Below, piece by piece: positions 20,600-32,495 of a stretch of DNA of 64,000 nt. Source of the DNA: an uncultured Gammaproteobacteria bacterium. Its GTDB lineage: Bacteria; Pseudomonadota; Gammaproteobacteria; JAADHQ01. The notes below the pieces were generated by a model that did no database searches, was not told the origin of the DNA, and worked only from the letters and a program-made list of their open reading frames with translations. The translations under genes and the position numbers were made by a program. Where the stretch lies: contig CAMYJD010000001.1 of the NCBI GenBank assembly GCA_947258655.1, positions 17,242-81,241 on the forward strand, read 5' to 3'. Within the stretch, counting starts at the first letter, position 1; every line of letters begins with the position of its first letter.

Positions 20600-21385
20600 A
20601 TGAATAAGCGGCGCTACACTCTCGCGAACGCTCTGACCTGGCCGGGCATCATTATGCTGCTGATAATGTTGTCACCCGCAAGCTATGCACAGGAAAAAAC
20701 CGGGACGGCAACACCGGGTAGTACAAAAGTCGAAATCGTTGAGGAAGATTTTACCGAAGATGAGGATATCATCGAGGTGTCCGATCCGCTGGAATCATTT
20801 AACCGGGCAATGTTCACATTCAATGACAAGGCCTATGTCCATGTCCTCAAACCAATCGCTGTCGGTTATCGCAATATTGTACCGGAAAAAGGCCGAGTAT
20901 CGATGAGTAATTTTTTCAGTAATCTACTCGCCCCGGTCAGGATCGTCAATGCCACGCTGCAACTGAAAGGAGAAGATGCCAGCAATGAATTCGTGCGTTT
21001 TATGGTTAATACGACATTAGGGCTTGCCGGGCTGTTCGATGTTGCCAAAAGCGATTTCAAAATCAGCATCAAACGAGAGGATTTTGGCCAGACCCTGGGA
21101 CATTATGGTGTCGACAATGGCCCTTACCTGGTGATTCCATTCCTCGGACCATCGACGCTGCGTGACGGTGTTGGACTGCTGGTGGACGGGTTTGCCCTGG
21201 ATCCGCTGGGCTATATATTCGAAGACGAGACGGGACAGTATGTGGCCGCCAAACTGGTCGATATCGAGACCGATTTATCGCTCGACAAGGATACCTATGA
21301 GGCAATCAAGGAAGATTCCCTGGATCCCTATGTATTTTTGCGCAATGCCTACATACAATTCAGGGCTGGGGCCGTTGCAAAATAG
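20600..21385 (+). CDS. mlaA: MlaA/VacJ family protein
   Basis: DPLESFNRAMFTFND, NTTLGLAGLFDVA, EDFGQTLG, GPYLVIPFLGPSTLRD, DPYVFLRNAY; ATG at 20600 just after the mlaD stop. Confidence 0.9.
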   Translation: MNKRRYTLANALTWPGIIMLLIMLSPASYAQEKTGTATPGSTKVEIVEEDFTEDEDIIEVSDPLESFNRAMFTFNDKAYVHVLKPIAVGYRNIVPEKGRVSMSNFFSNLLAPVRIVNATLQLKGEDASNEFVRFMVNTTLGLAGLFDVAKSDFKISIKREDFGQTLGHYGVDNGPYLVIPFLGPSTLRDGVGLLVDGFALDPLGYIFEDETGQYVAAKLVDIETDLSLDKDTYEAIKEDSLDPYVFLRNAYIQFRAGAVAK

Positions 21386-21495
21386 AATTACCAACATATA
21401 AGGCACTATACTATAATTAATTTTATATTTACGAATGAATATACTTTGCCGTACAGACAATCAGTCGAGGCATGAAATAATAAGGAAAGGCATAC

Positions 21496-22113
21496 GTGAA
21501 AATACTAAGACTTAACACAATCATCCTGGCCCTGTGTCTCGGATTCCTCACTCAGGCCAGCCATGCCGAGAATTCGCCTACGTCCCAGGTCAAGACCACC
21601 GTAGATAGCATACTCGATGCGCTGCGCGACCAATCCCTGACTCAGGAAAACCGCCGCGACAAGATTCGCGAACTGGTGCATCAGCGTTTCTATTTCCGTG
21701 CCATGTCACAAAGCGCACTGTCACGTAACTGGCGCAAGGCAACACCGCAGCAGCAGAGCAGATTTGTCGAACTGTTTTCCAAGCTCCTGGAAAATACCTA
21801 TCTCGGTCGAATCGAGGCCTATACCGATGAGCGTGTTGAATATTTACGTGAAAAAAAGAAAAATCCCAAACGAGCTGTTGTGTATACCCAGATCGTCACC
21901 AAGTCGGCTGATATCCCGATCAACTATAAACTGGCCCGAAAAGACGATAAATGGCTGGTCTACGATGTCATTATCGAGGAAGTCAGCCTGATCAGTAATT
22001 ATCGATCCAGTTATGCCGAGATCATCAAGAAAGAAGGTATGGATGGACTACTGACCAAAATGGAACAAAAGGTAAACAGCAAGGACGAGAAAGATAAAAC
22101 CGCGGATGCATAG
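21496..22113 (+). CDS. mlaC: Periplasmic lipid-shuttle protein, MlaC/Ttg2D/HpnM family
   Basis: Signal peptide; WRKATPQQQSRFVELF, WLVYDVIIEEVSLISNYRSSY. Confidence 0.88.
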   Translation: MKILRLNTIILALCLGFLTQASHAENSPTSQVKTTVDSILDALRDQSLTQENRRDKIRELVHQRFYFRAMSQSALSRNWRKATPQQQSRFVELFSKLLENTYLGRIEAYTDERVEYLREKKKNPKRAVVYTQIVTKSADIPINYKLARKDDKWLVYDVIIEEVSLISNYRSSYAEIIKKEGMDGLLTKMEQKVNSKDEKDKTADA

Positions 22114-22227
22114 GCATTTGCCTGGTTTCGCCTCATATGACTTTGATTTGACTTGTCACTGCAGCGTATACCAAAGCCATAAATGTTCCCAGGTCTGCCC
22201 ATATAACATCATTGTTGTTTGTGTTTC

Positions 22228-22872
22228 ATGAAACATTCGCTTAATGACCGTGTCCTGACCCTGGCAGGTGTATTTCAGGCTACTGCACTGGTAAGGCGTT
22301 GTGCCAACCAGGCCAAGAACATCGATCGGGATGTGGAAACCTGCATCAACAGCCTGTTTATTACAAACCCGGATACGGTCGAAGATATCTATGCAGGCGC
22401 AATCCATTTACGCTATGGCCTGGACACACTGATCGCCCAACTGGGCAATAATGCCAGTCTACGTGATGCGGAAATCAGCCGCTATGTCATCACCCTGCTG
22501 TACCTGGAAAAGAAATTATCGAACAACCGCTCCATGCTCGACATGATGGCGGATGGCATCAACAGCGCTAAGGAACAGGCAGATTTTTTTACACCTGCAC
22601 ATGAAAATGTCATCGCCGCCCTGGCCGATTTATACCAACGTACGATCAGCTCGTTGCGCCCGAGAATCATCGTCAATGGCGACCCGCAACTGCTTCAGGA
22701 CCCGCACAATGCCCAGTTGATCCGCACTTTGTTACTGGCTGGCATCCGCTCGGCGATAGCCTGGCGCCAATGCGGTGGAACACGCTGGCAACTGCTGTTC
22801 AAACGCCGGGCCATACTCGATGAGGCCCAACGCACCCTCGATAATCTCCCTATCATCAATACAATGGTATGA
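22228..22872 (+). CDS. hflD: High frequency lysogenization protein HflD
   Basis: LAGVFQA, LADLYQRTISSLRPRIIVNG, IRTLLLAGIRSAIAWRQCGG. Confidence 0.93.
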   Translation: MKHSLNDRVLTLAGVFQATALVRRCANQAKNIDRDVETCINSLFITNPDTVEDIYAGAIHLRYGLDTLIAQLGNNASLRDAEISRYVITLLYLEKKLSNNRSMLDMMADGINSAKEQADFFTPAHENVIAALADLYQRTISSLRPRIIVNGDPQLLQDPHNAQLIRTLLLAGIRSAIAWRQCGGTRWQLLFKRRAILDEAQRTLDNLPIINTMV

Positions 22873-22904
22873 TATAATCAACTCATCCGGGTCAAATCCC
22901 ACCG

Positions 22905-22917
22905 TAACTTATTGATT
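22905..22917 (-). promoter_or_regulatory. IHF consensus site upstream of acnA
   Basis: Minus strand AATCAATAAGTTA matches WATCAANNNNTTR exactly. Confidence 0.45.
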
Positions 22918-22962
22918 AATTGAATGTATCGCTGTATGCCAGCGTCATACACGGGAGTCTTC

Positions 22963-25626
22963 ATGAGTAACAGTTTTAATGCGCGCGCCGAGCTTGCCGT
23001 CAATCAACAACAATACGAGATTTACCGCCTCAAGGCCGTCGACAATACCGATCGCCTGCCCTATTCGCTTAAAATCCTGCTCGAAAATCTGCTAAGACAT
23101 GAAGATGGTATCAATGTCACTGCTGACGACATCAAGGCACTGGCCAATTGGGATCCCCAGGCCGAGCCCAGTGTAGAAATTGCCTTTACCCCCGCGCGTG
23201 TATTGATGCAGGATTTTACCGGCGTACCCGCCGTCGTCGACCTGGCCGCGATGCGTGATGCAATGCGCGCCCTCGGTGGCGACGCAGAGAAGATCAACCC
23301 ATTACAACCGGCTGAACTGGTCATCGATCATTCGGTACAGATCGACAGTTTTGGCAATGCCAATGCGATCCAGTTCAATGCCGACCTGGAATACCAGCGT
23401 AACCAGGAACGCTATAGCTTCCTGAAGTGGGGTCAGAAGGCCTTTTCCAATTTCAAGGTCGTACCACCAGATACCGGTATTGTCCACCAGGTAAACCTCG
23501 AATACCTGGCCCGCGTCACCTTTGCCAAGGAGAACAACGGTACGCTGCAGGCCTACCCAGATACACTCGTCGGTACCGATTCGCATACGACAATGATCAA
23601 TGGCCTGGGTGTACTGGGCTGGGGTGTCGGTGGCATCGAGGCTGAGGCCGCGATGCTCGGTCAACCGGTATCGATGCTGATCCCGCAGGTAGTCGGTTTC
23701 CGTCTGACGGGTGATCTGCCCGGCGGTGCCACCGCAACCGATCTGGTCCTGACGGTTGTCGAGATTCTGCGCCAGCATGGCGTGGTCGGTAAATTTGTCG
23801 AATTCTTCGGTGACGGACTGGATAAGCTGTCACTGGCTGACCGCGCCACGATTGCCAATATGGCCCCGGAGTACGGTGCTACCTGCGGTATCTTCCCGAT
23901 CGACCAGGAAACACTGAACTACCTGAGCCTGTCGGGTCGCGATGAACAGGATATTGCCCTGGTCGAGGCCTATGCCACAGAACAGGGATTTTTCCGCGAT
24001 GCACAAACGCCTGAGGCGGATTACAGTAGCGTGATTGAACTGGATATATCCACGGTTGTACCCAGCCTCGCGGGCCCGAAACGCCCGCAGGACAGGATCC
24101 CGCTCAATCAGTCAAAACCCATGTTCAGCAAAGATCTGGCCACATTGCAACAGGAACGCGCTATCACTAGCAAAGCTGTCACGACGACTATCAATGGCGA
24201 ACAGGTCACGCTCGAAGACGGCGCTGTCGTTATTGCTTCGATCACGTCATGCACGAACACATCGAATCCATCGGTCATGATTGGTGCCGGTCTGGTGGCC
24301 AAGAAAGCGGCTGCTCTCGGCCTCAAGGTCAAACCCTGGGTCAAGACCTCGCTGGCACCTGGTTCGCGTGTGGTTAGCGAATACCTGAAACAGGCGGATG
24401 TCATGCAGGACCTCGAGGCCCTCGGTTTTTTTGTTGTCGGTTATGGTTGCGCGACCTGCATCGGCAATTCCGGACCTCTACCGGAACCGGTCTCTGCGGC
24501 CATCAGCGAAGGCGATCTGTCTGCTGTGTCGGTATTGTCAGGCAACCGTAACTTCGAGGGCCGTGTGCATGCCGAGGTCCGCATGAACTACCTGGCCTCG
24601 CCGCCGCTGGTCGTCGCCTATGCAATAGCCGGGACGATGAACATCGACCTGCAAAATGACCCACTCGGTGAGGACAATCAGGGCAATGCGGTTTATCTGC
24701 GGGATATCTGGCCCGACCATGACGAAATACAGCAGGCCATCCAGAACAGTGTCAAGCGTAGCGAATTCGCCGAGGCCTACGCCGAGGTCTACAAGGGTGA
24801 AGATCGCTGGATCAATCTGCAATCACCGGAAGGACAGCTGTTCGACTGGCAGCAGGATTCCACTTATATCAAGAATCCGCCCTACTTCGAAAATATGACC
24901 CTGGCCATCAACGCGGTCAAGGATATCAACGGCGCCCGCGCCCTCGCATTGCTTGGTGACTCCGTTACCACAGACCATATTTCTCCAGCCGGTGCGATCA
25001 AACCCGATAGCCCTGCCGGGCAGTACCTGCTCGCTCAAGGTGTCAGCCATGCGGACTTCAATTCACTGGGTTCACGGCGCGGCAATCACGAAGTCATGAT
25101 GCGCGGCACCTTTGCCAATATCCGCCTGCGCAACCAGCTGGCCCCTGGAACCGAGGGCGGTATCACCGTCCATTTACCCGACGGCGAACAAATGAGCATC
25201 TATGATGCCTCGGTCAAATACCGGCAGGAACAGGTCCCGTTGATTGTTATTGCCGGAAAGGAATACGGTTCGGGTTCATCACGCGACTGGGCCGCCAAGG
25301 GCCCCCGATTGCTCGGCATCCAGGCGGTCATAGCCGAAAGCTATGAGCGTATCCATCGCTCCAACCTGGTCGGTATGGGTATCCTGCCACTCCAGTTCAT
25401 GGATGGAGACAGTGCCGAATCACTCGGCATTACAGGAAAAGAAGTCTTTGATATTGAAGGGCTTGGCGATGGTTCCTCGAAACAGGTTAATATAAAGGCA
25501 ATGGCAGATGACGGTACGATAAAGACTTTTAGCGCACGGGTACGTATTGATACCCCGCAGGAAGTTGAATACTACCGCAATGGCGGCATACTGCATTATG
25601 TGCTGCGCCAGCTGGCACAGGGCTAG
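22963..25626 (+). CDS. acnA: Aconitate hydratase AcnA
   Basis: [52 protein letters not shown]; GGGAG RBS favours ATG 22963 over 22924. Confidence 0.97.
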   Translation: MSNSFNARAELAVNQQQYEIYRLKAVDNTDRLPYSLKILLENLLRHEDGINVTADDIKALANWDPQAEPSVEIAFTPARVLMQDFTGVPAVVDLAAMRDAMRALGGDAEKINPLQPAELVIDHSVQIDSFGNANAIQFNADLEYQRNQERYSFLKWGQKAFSNFKVVPPDTGIVHQVNLEYLARVTFAKENNGTLQAYPDTLVGTDSHTTMINGLGVLGWGVGGIEAEAAMLGQPVSMLIPQVVGFRLTGDLPGGATATDLVLTVVEILRQHGVVGKFVEFFGDGLDKLSLADRATIANMAPEYGATCGIFPIDQETLNYLSLSGRDEQDIALVEAYATEQGFFRDAQTPEADYSSVIELDISTVVPSLAGPKRPQDRIPLNQSKPMFSKDLATLQQERAITSKAVTTTINGEQVTLEDGAVVIASITSCTNTSNPSVMIGAGLVAKKAAALGLKVKPWVKTSLAPGSRVVSEYLKQADVMQDLEALGFFVVGYGCATCIGNSGPLPEPVSAAISEGDLSAVSVLSGNRNFEGRVHAEVRMNYLASPPLVVAYAIAGTMNIDLQNDPLGEDNQGNAVYLRDIWPDHDEIQQAIQNSVKRSEFAEAYAEVYKGEDRWINLQSPEGQLFDWQQDSTYIKNPPYFENMTLAINAVKDINGARALALLGDSVTTDHISPAGAIKPDSPAGQYLLAQGVSHADFNSLGSRRGNHEVMMRGTFANIRLRNQLAPGTEGGITVHLPDGEQMSIYDASVKYRQEQVPLIVIAGKEYGSGSSRDWAAKGPRLLGIQAVIAESYERIHRSNLVGMGILPLQFMDGDSAESLGITGKEVFDIEGLGDGSSKQVNIKAMADDGTIKTFSARVRIDTPQEVEYYRNGGILHYVLRQLAQG

Positions 25627-25656
25627 CTGACTAAAGGGTCATAACAGTTGGTAGAG

Positions 25657-25675
25657 GCCGGGAGCAGATCCCGGC
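25657..25675. terminator. Hairpin between convergent acnA and response regulator
   Basis: GCCGGGA-gcaga-TCCCGGC. Confidence 0.5.
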
Positions 25676-26479
25676 TTATGCGCCATATGCAATCAGGCTT
25701 TGTATCATTTGCCTGACTGCGTCCGGCTCAAAAGGTTTGTCACAGATACCCGATACACCGGCCTGCTGTACGGCCGCGAGGCGACTGTCATTCGCTTCAC
25801 TGGTGACCATCAGAACAGGAATGGATTTCTGGGTACTGCTCTCGCGTATATAGCGTGTCAGTGCCTCTCCGTCCATTTCCGGCATATTGTAATCGGTCAC
25901 AACCAGATCAAAGTAATTCTCCTCGATCATCGTCACCGCCTGACGTCCGTTCTCCGCCTTGTCGATAGACGCTATACCCAGATTGCCAAGTACACGACTG
26001 ATATGCTTTCTCGCCAGGGGACTGTCATCGACCACGAGCACCTTCAGTTCATCGAGCGAAATATCGGCGAGAGCATCCTCATCAGGTGCGATCAGGTCAA
26101 CGGTCGAATACAGGGCCTGCCTGAGGTCTTCAGCAGCAAACGGCTTGGGCAGGATAGCGACGACCCCGGCCTGGCGAATCGGGTCCAGACTGGTCCAGGA
26201 GGTTTCACTGGAGATCAGCATATAGGGGACGGCCTCGAGTGCCGGCTCTGCGCGCAATCCCAACACCAGATCTGTACCGGTCATGTCCGGCAGGTACATA
26301 CTGCTGATCACCAGATCAGGGACCGCCTGCCTGATATTATCCAGTGCAGATTGCCCATCCTGAAAGAATTCGACATTGCTGACGTTCATATCGAGCAGGC
26401 GCTCACGGATAATACGTCCCTGCATGGCCGATGGCTCGACGACCATGATCGCGAGATCAGATATAGCTATTTTTTCCAT
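25676..26479 (-). CDS. Tandem receiver-domain (REC-REC) response regulator without output domain
   Basis: REC2 canonical (VVDDS, DLVVTDYNMP, KPF); REC1 degenerate (VVEPS, DLVISSMYLP). Confidence 0.92.
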   Translation of the reverse strand: MEKIAISDLAIMVVEPSAMQGRIIRERLLDMNVSNVEFFQDGQSALDNIRQAVPDLVISSMYLPDMTGTDLVLGLRAEPALEAVPYMLISSETSWTSLDPIRQAGVVAILPKPFAAEDLRQALYSTVDLIAPDEDALADISLDELKVLVVDDSPLARKHISRVLGNLGIASIDKAENGRQAVTMIEENYFDLVVTDYNMPEMDGEALTRYIRESSTQKSIPVLMVTSEANDSRLAAVQQAGVSGICDKPFEPDAVRQMIQSLIAYGA

Positions 26480-26511
26480 GACACAGTACTTTTATAAACT
26501 ATTTCACCAGC

Positions 26512-26538
26512 ATTTCGGCCTGCATTGCATATCCTTTA
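26512..26538 (-). promoter_or_regulatory. Sigma-28 (FliA)-type promoter
   Basis: Minus strand TAAA-N15-GCCGAAAT, about 30 nt upstream of the REC-REC start. Confidence 0.7.
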
Positions 26539-26751
26539 AAAACAGCTTTTATTTCATCGATATAATGCATTCGCGTGATTGCAGACTGCGTTGCATGGAT
26601 CTACTCATTAAATATAACTTACTTTAATTTACTTCTATATATTATTGTTTTATATATATTTAATATCATTCCTTATTCATGGCCGCGGCGCTGACAGACG
26701 CAACACGATTTTTACTGTATGATCGCATTATTTTTTCAAGACGTGACATAG

Positions 26752-28128
<1,377 letters not shown>

Positions 28129-28357
28129 GCTCCATTTGCAATATGTCGAAATTAATAATTGCTCTTCTGGCTGGGTGATTTGTGAAGTAGTAGACAGTTT
28201 TATTGGATAAATGACGTAATACTGTATTACATAGTGAGTTAGCCCAATTATCCCGCGATATTCCCCGCAGGGCTAACCCGACTATAACCCTAGCCCGAAC
28301 TGCTCCCCCGCAATGCAGTTCGGGTATTTTTTTTCCATCTCCGTTATTATTCACTAC

Positions 28358-29521
28358 ATGAGACCGACAAACCCTCTCGGCGATCTGCAAGTGGATCAAT
28401 TCGTGGCCCAATACTGGCAAAAAAAGCCGGTTGTGATCAGACAGGCCATTAAGGATTTCTCCTCCCCGGTGACGGCAGAGGAATTGGCAGGACTTGCCTG
28501 CGAAGATGTGGTGGAATCCCGCATTATTCTGGAAAAAGACGGTCGCCACCCATGGGAACTGCGCAGCGGTCCTTTCACCCAACGCGACTTTTCCCGACTG
28601 CCTGCTACCCACTGGACCCTATTGATTCAGGATGTCGAAAAACACCTGCCGGAACTGACCTGGATCACCGATGCCTTTCATTTTATTCCTGACTGGCGCC
28701 TTGATGATCTGATGATAAGTTATGCACCTGAATACGGTTCGGTTGGCCCGCATAAAGATGCCTATGATGTATTTCTGTTACAAGCACAGGGCAGACGTCA
28801 CTGGAAAATCAATACCCGCATCGAAGCCGATGCGCAAATACTCGACAACACTGCACTGAACATCCTCAAAGACTTTGAAGTCGAGCAGGAATGGATACTG
28901 GAACCGGGAGACATGCTCTACCTGCCGCCCGCTGTCGCCCATTACGGTATCTCGCTGGGTGACTGTATCACCTGTTCCATCGGCTTTCGGGCACCGTCAC
29001 ATCGGCAACTGGCACAAAGTTATCTGCATACACTCATCGAGCACATTCAGTCAGATAAATATTATTCAGACCCTGATATCCAAACACAGCAGAAGGCGCA
29101 TGAAATCACAGCGCACAGTGTTGCCGAACTCAAACAGATAGTTACCGATTACCTGTCACAGGATTCTCAATGGCTTTATGACTGGGCAGGCACTTTGCTC
29201 TCCGAGGGTAAGAAAAGCTTTCAGGCCGAGGGGCCACATGACGTACATGATATGACCGCCTTCATCAACAATTGGCAAACCAGTATGGTCCTGTACAGAA
29301 ACACCGCGGTGAAATTTTTATATATCATGGGCAATGATTGCGTTAATTTTTACATCGATGGACAACATATCAGCGCTACAACCGGGCTGTCAGATTACGC
29401 AGAGTGGTTATGTTCTTCGCTGCAGATAAGCTGGAACGAACTGGACGGACATCCTGACAGGGAGGCCCTGTTAGCGCTAATATATGACTTTTACTGCCAC
29501 GGGTTCTATTATTACCAATGA
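28358..29521 (+). CDS. roxA: JmjC/cupin ribosomal protein uL16 arginine hydroxylase (YcfD/RoxA-like)
   Basis: YWQKKP, PDWRLDDLMISYA, VGPHKDAYDVFLLQ, LEPGDMLYLPP, SIGFRAP; start uncertain (28358 vs 28313). Confidence 0.85.
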   Translation: MRPTNPLGDLQVDQFVAQYWQKKPVVIRQAIKDFSSPVTAEELAGLACEDVVESRIILEKDGRHPWELRSGPFTQRDFSRLPATHWTLLIQDVEKHLPELTWITDAFHFIPDWRLDDLMISYAPEYGSVGPHKDAYDVFLLQAQGRRHWKINTRIEADAQILDNTALNILKDFEVEQEWILEPGDMLYLPPAVAHYGISLGDCITCSIGFRAPSHRQLAQSYLHTLIEHIQSDKYYSDPDIQTQQKAHEITAHSVAELKQIVTDYLSQDSQWLYDWAGTLLSEGKKSFQAEGPHDVHDMTAFINNWQTSMVLYRNTAVKFLYIMGNDCVNFYIDGQHISATTGLSDYAEWLCSSLQISWNELDGHPDREALLALIYDFYCHGFYYYQ

Positions 29522-29952
29522 TAAAAGAGCAGATACAATTCACACTCACATGGGTTTCATGGCAACAGGCTGAGCAGGAGTTACGTACCATCCGTGAACA
29601 GGTATTTATCCACGAACAGCATGTGCCCGAGGCACTGGAATGGGATGGCCTGGACGAAAACTGCCAACATATACTTGTACGTGAGCGATCCGGTCAGGCG
29701 ATCGCGACGGCGCGACTGCAAACGGATGGTCATATTGGGCGCATGGCCGTGTTATCTCATTGGCGCCAATGCGGCATCGGCAGTGCGATGCTGGCTGAGT
29801 TATTGCACTATTGCGCTCAACACAAGCTCAAGGCACATCTCGATGCGCAAACCCACGCACTCGACTTTTATCGAAAATCGGGATTTACTGCCATCGATGT
29901 GGAATTTCTGGATGCCGGCATACCCCATCGTAAGATGATCATTGTGGAATAA
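29518..29952 (+). CDS. GNAT family N-acetyltransferase
   Basis: IREQVFIHEQHVP, GHIGRMAVL, RQCGIG, AQTHALDFY, FLDAGIPH. Confidence 0.9.
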   Translation: MIKEQIQFTLTWVSWQQAEQELRTIREQVFIHEQHVPEALEWDGLDENCQHILVRERSGQAIATARLQTDGHIGRMAVLSHWRQCGIGSAMLAELLHYCAQHKLKAHLDAQTHALDFYRKSGFTAIDVEFLDAGIPHRKMIIVE

Positions 29953-29955
29953 ATT

Positions 29956-30465
29956 ATGGATACTGAATGTTACATACTTGGGGAAACGGATCGTCAGGAA
30001 TCCTTTGATGGCAGGCTAGAAAACCGTCAAATTGCATTTGAACTGATCGGACAGGCCCATCAGCAAATACGTATATTTACACCCGACCTGGAAAAGGCTA
30101 TCTATGACCAGGCCGATCTGATTCGATCCCTGGAACAACTGGCACTACGCAGTCGACAAACACAGGTCCGGGTGCTGGTCAGGGATTCCGCGCAGGCGGT
30201 AAAATCCGGCCATCGCCTGATCGAACTGTGCAGACGCCATACATCCAGCATTCTTCTGCATCAGACACCCGCAGATACCGATGATATTGAGGCTGCCTTT
30301 GTTGTCATCGATAACGCGGGTTTTTTATACAAGCACAAAGGCATGTCGTTCAATGGCTACTTCAATGCCAATGACAAGCTGAAGGTACGCGAGTTAAGCA
30401 AACACTTTGACGAAGCCTGGGAACGCAGCCGACCAGATCCCGAGATGAGAAGATTGTTCATCTAG
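29956..30465 (+). CDS. Conserved hypothetical protein in operon with the GNAT gene
   Basis: 169-aa ORF starting 3 nt after the GNAT stop; globular composition. Confidence 0.8.
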   Translation: MDTECYILGETDRQESFDGRLENRQIAFELIGQAHQQIRIFTPDLEKAIYDQADLIRSLEQLALRSRQTQVRVLVRDSAQAVKSGHRLIELCRRHTSSILLHQTPADTDDIEAAFVVIDNAGFLYKHKGMSFNGYFNANDKLKVRELSKHFDEAWERSRPDPEMRRLFI

Positions 30466-30534
30466 CAAGATCCCCATCAATACCAACCTGGAAGTCTTCG
30501 GGCATAGTCCGCAGATATACTCTGCCAGCTTGCA

Positions 30535-32064
30535 CTAGTTTATATCTGCAGAGGTATTGCCACTCCTCCTTGATATATCCGAGAACATTTGAATATGATC
30601 TGATCTACTCTTTTTGGCCTCATACATGGCAGTATCGGCATGTTTGAGAAGTTCGAGATGACTCAGGCCATCATCCGGGAATAATGCAATGCCGATGCTC
30701 GTAGCTGGCATGATTTTATGTTCATCTATACTGATCTGTTTGCTGAACTCGTGCTGGATTTTGCTGGCAACAATCATCGCGTCATCAGCATGCTTGATAT
30801 CCTCGAGTACAATGACAAACTCGTCACCACCGAGACGGGCCACCATGTCTGCTTCACGCAGGCTGGCTTGCAGAATACCGGCAACCAATTCAAGCAATTT
30901 ATCCCCGACATTATGACCATAGGAATCATTGACTTTCTTGAAGTTATCCAGATCAAGAAACATAACGGCAAGCCTGTTATTGTTTCTGGTTGCAGCTTTG
31001 ATAAACTGCTTAAGGCTATCCATTATAAATGACCTGTTGGGCAGGCCGGTCAATGAATCATAATTGGACAGATATTCCAGTTTTCGTTGCAAGCCCTTGC
31101 GACGACTGATATCCCTGACATTGGCGATAAATATAATTTCATCATTTACAATGGCCTCATTTACCGCCAGGTCCATATCAAACAGGGTACCGTCCTTATG
31201 CCTGGCCTGTACCTCATAAGGCCCGATACCCACAAGTTTGGCATCCCCCGTCCTCAGGTAATGGCTGATATAGCCATCATGATGCCTGGCATAATTGTCC
31301 GGCATTAACATGGAAACATTATTACCGATGACTTCTTCACATTTATAGCCAAAAATACCTTCAGCACTCTTACTGTAAGTCTGCACGATACCGCGACGAT
31401 TGATGCTGATCAGACCATCGAGGCTGTTATCAATAATCGCCTTGTTTCGCTGCATCAGGTCCTGATAATGTTTTTCGGGACTGATATCCTGGACCGAAAC
31501 CGTTATACCTGTTGAGGCGGGATAGATATGGACTTTTAACCATTTATTGTTCTGCGAGGTGAAACCACTCACGCAACTCGCTTTCTGTTCATTCATTGCC
31601 ACATTTAGTGGCTTGTAGAAAGCACTGGCAAGATCAGGCAGTATATCCGACAACAACTTGCCCCGGTCCTTGCTACGCGTCAGGTCAAATAATTGTTCTG
31701 CCTCCGGATTGATATATTCAACGATCCAGTTTGCGCTTATCGCCAGATAGGCATTGGTCGAATTTTCCAGTATTTCCTTGTTAACTGAATTGGTTATTTT
31801 TATAAAACGGACAGAGGCTTCAGCCACGAAGCCAATAAACAGTAGCAATACGGTGATGATAATCCGCATCCATAATTCATTGGCATCGTGTGGAAAAAAA
31901 GCCTCGAATACGGCATGCCCATGATCTGCTTCGTCAAAGACGAAAATATGCAACAGGCCTTCTATGAGCCAGAATATAAAGACCAGAACAATACTGCTAT
32001 GAAACAGGTTCCTGTTGCTAATAAACTGTGGGAATTTAAAAGATCTCGCAGTTGAGATATCCAT
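30535..32064 (-). CDS. Membrane-anchored PAS-PAS-GGDEF diguanylate cyclase
   Basis: Two TM helices, two PAS domains (second FixL-like: NVSMLMPDNYARHHDGYI), DSLTGLPNR, READ I-site, GGDEF. Confidence 0.92.
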   Translation of the reverse strand: MDISTARSFKFPQFISNRNLFHSSIVLVFIFWLIEGLLHIFVFDEADHGHAVFEAFFPHDANELWMRIIITVLLLFIGFVAEASVRFIKITNSVNKEILENSTNAYLAISANWIVEYINPEAEQLFDLTRSKDRGKLLSDILPDLASAFYKPLNVAMNEQKASCVSGFTSQNNKWLKVHIYPASTGITVSVQDISPEKHYQDLMQRNKAIIDNSLDGLISINRRGIVQTYSKSAEGIFGYKCEEVIGNNVSMLMPDNYARHHDGYISHYLRTGDAKLVGIGPYEVQARHKDGTLFDMDLAVNEAIVNDEIIFIANVRDISRRKGLQRKLEYLSNYDSLTGLPNRSFIMDSLKQFIKAATRNNNRLAVMFLDLDNFKKVNDSYGHNVGDKLLELVAGILQASLREADMVARLGGDEFVIVLEDIKHADDAMIVASKIQHEFSKQISIDEHKIMPATSIGIALFPDDGLSHLELLKHADTAMYEAKKSRSDHIQMFSDISRRSGNTSADIN

Positions 32065-32103
32065 CGGTATGCCATCACTAAATCTATAACTTCATGCTGT
32101 ATT

Positions 32104-32130
32104 TAATCGACAGAAACAGAATTTTATTTA
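32104..32130 (-). promoter_or_regulatory. Sigma-28-like promoter
   Basis: Minus strand TAAA-N15-GTCGATTA about 40 nt upstream of the diguanylate cyclase start. Confidence 0.5.
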
Positions 32131-32495
32131 GTAAAACATGCAATTATTAAAGGTCCGACCACCAATGCTGCGTAAAAACAAGCGGTTCATGTCAGATCTG
32201 ACGGATTATTCCATTTTATAATCATGGTTTAGTGCGTAGTAACAAACCTGCTGTTTACTAACTACAGAAAAATAGCAAATGTTGCGTGTTATCAGTGGCG
32301 TAACCCTGATGGATATAACCAGGAAAATACGTACTATCCACTGCTACTGTTATAAACCTTCACGTATTCCCAATCATGTCCTGTTCTCGGACAGTCTGGC
32401 CATATCCATGACCCGACTGATGAATCTACATAAAATGGCATAAACACAGCCTTTATGGGAAAATGTACGTTTTTAATCAAGCCATCTGACAAGTC

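Noticed and set aside
25700-26497. 265-aa plus-strand ORF
   Set aside because: Antisense shadow of the REC-REC gene; TTG start and no recognisable motifs
26590-26680. Very AT-rich tract upstream of purB as possible origin or att site
   Set aside because: No DnaA boxes, dif-like site or flanking direct repeats seen; consistent with a divergent promoter region
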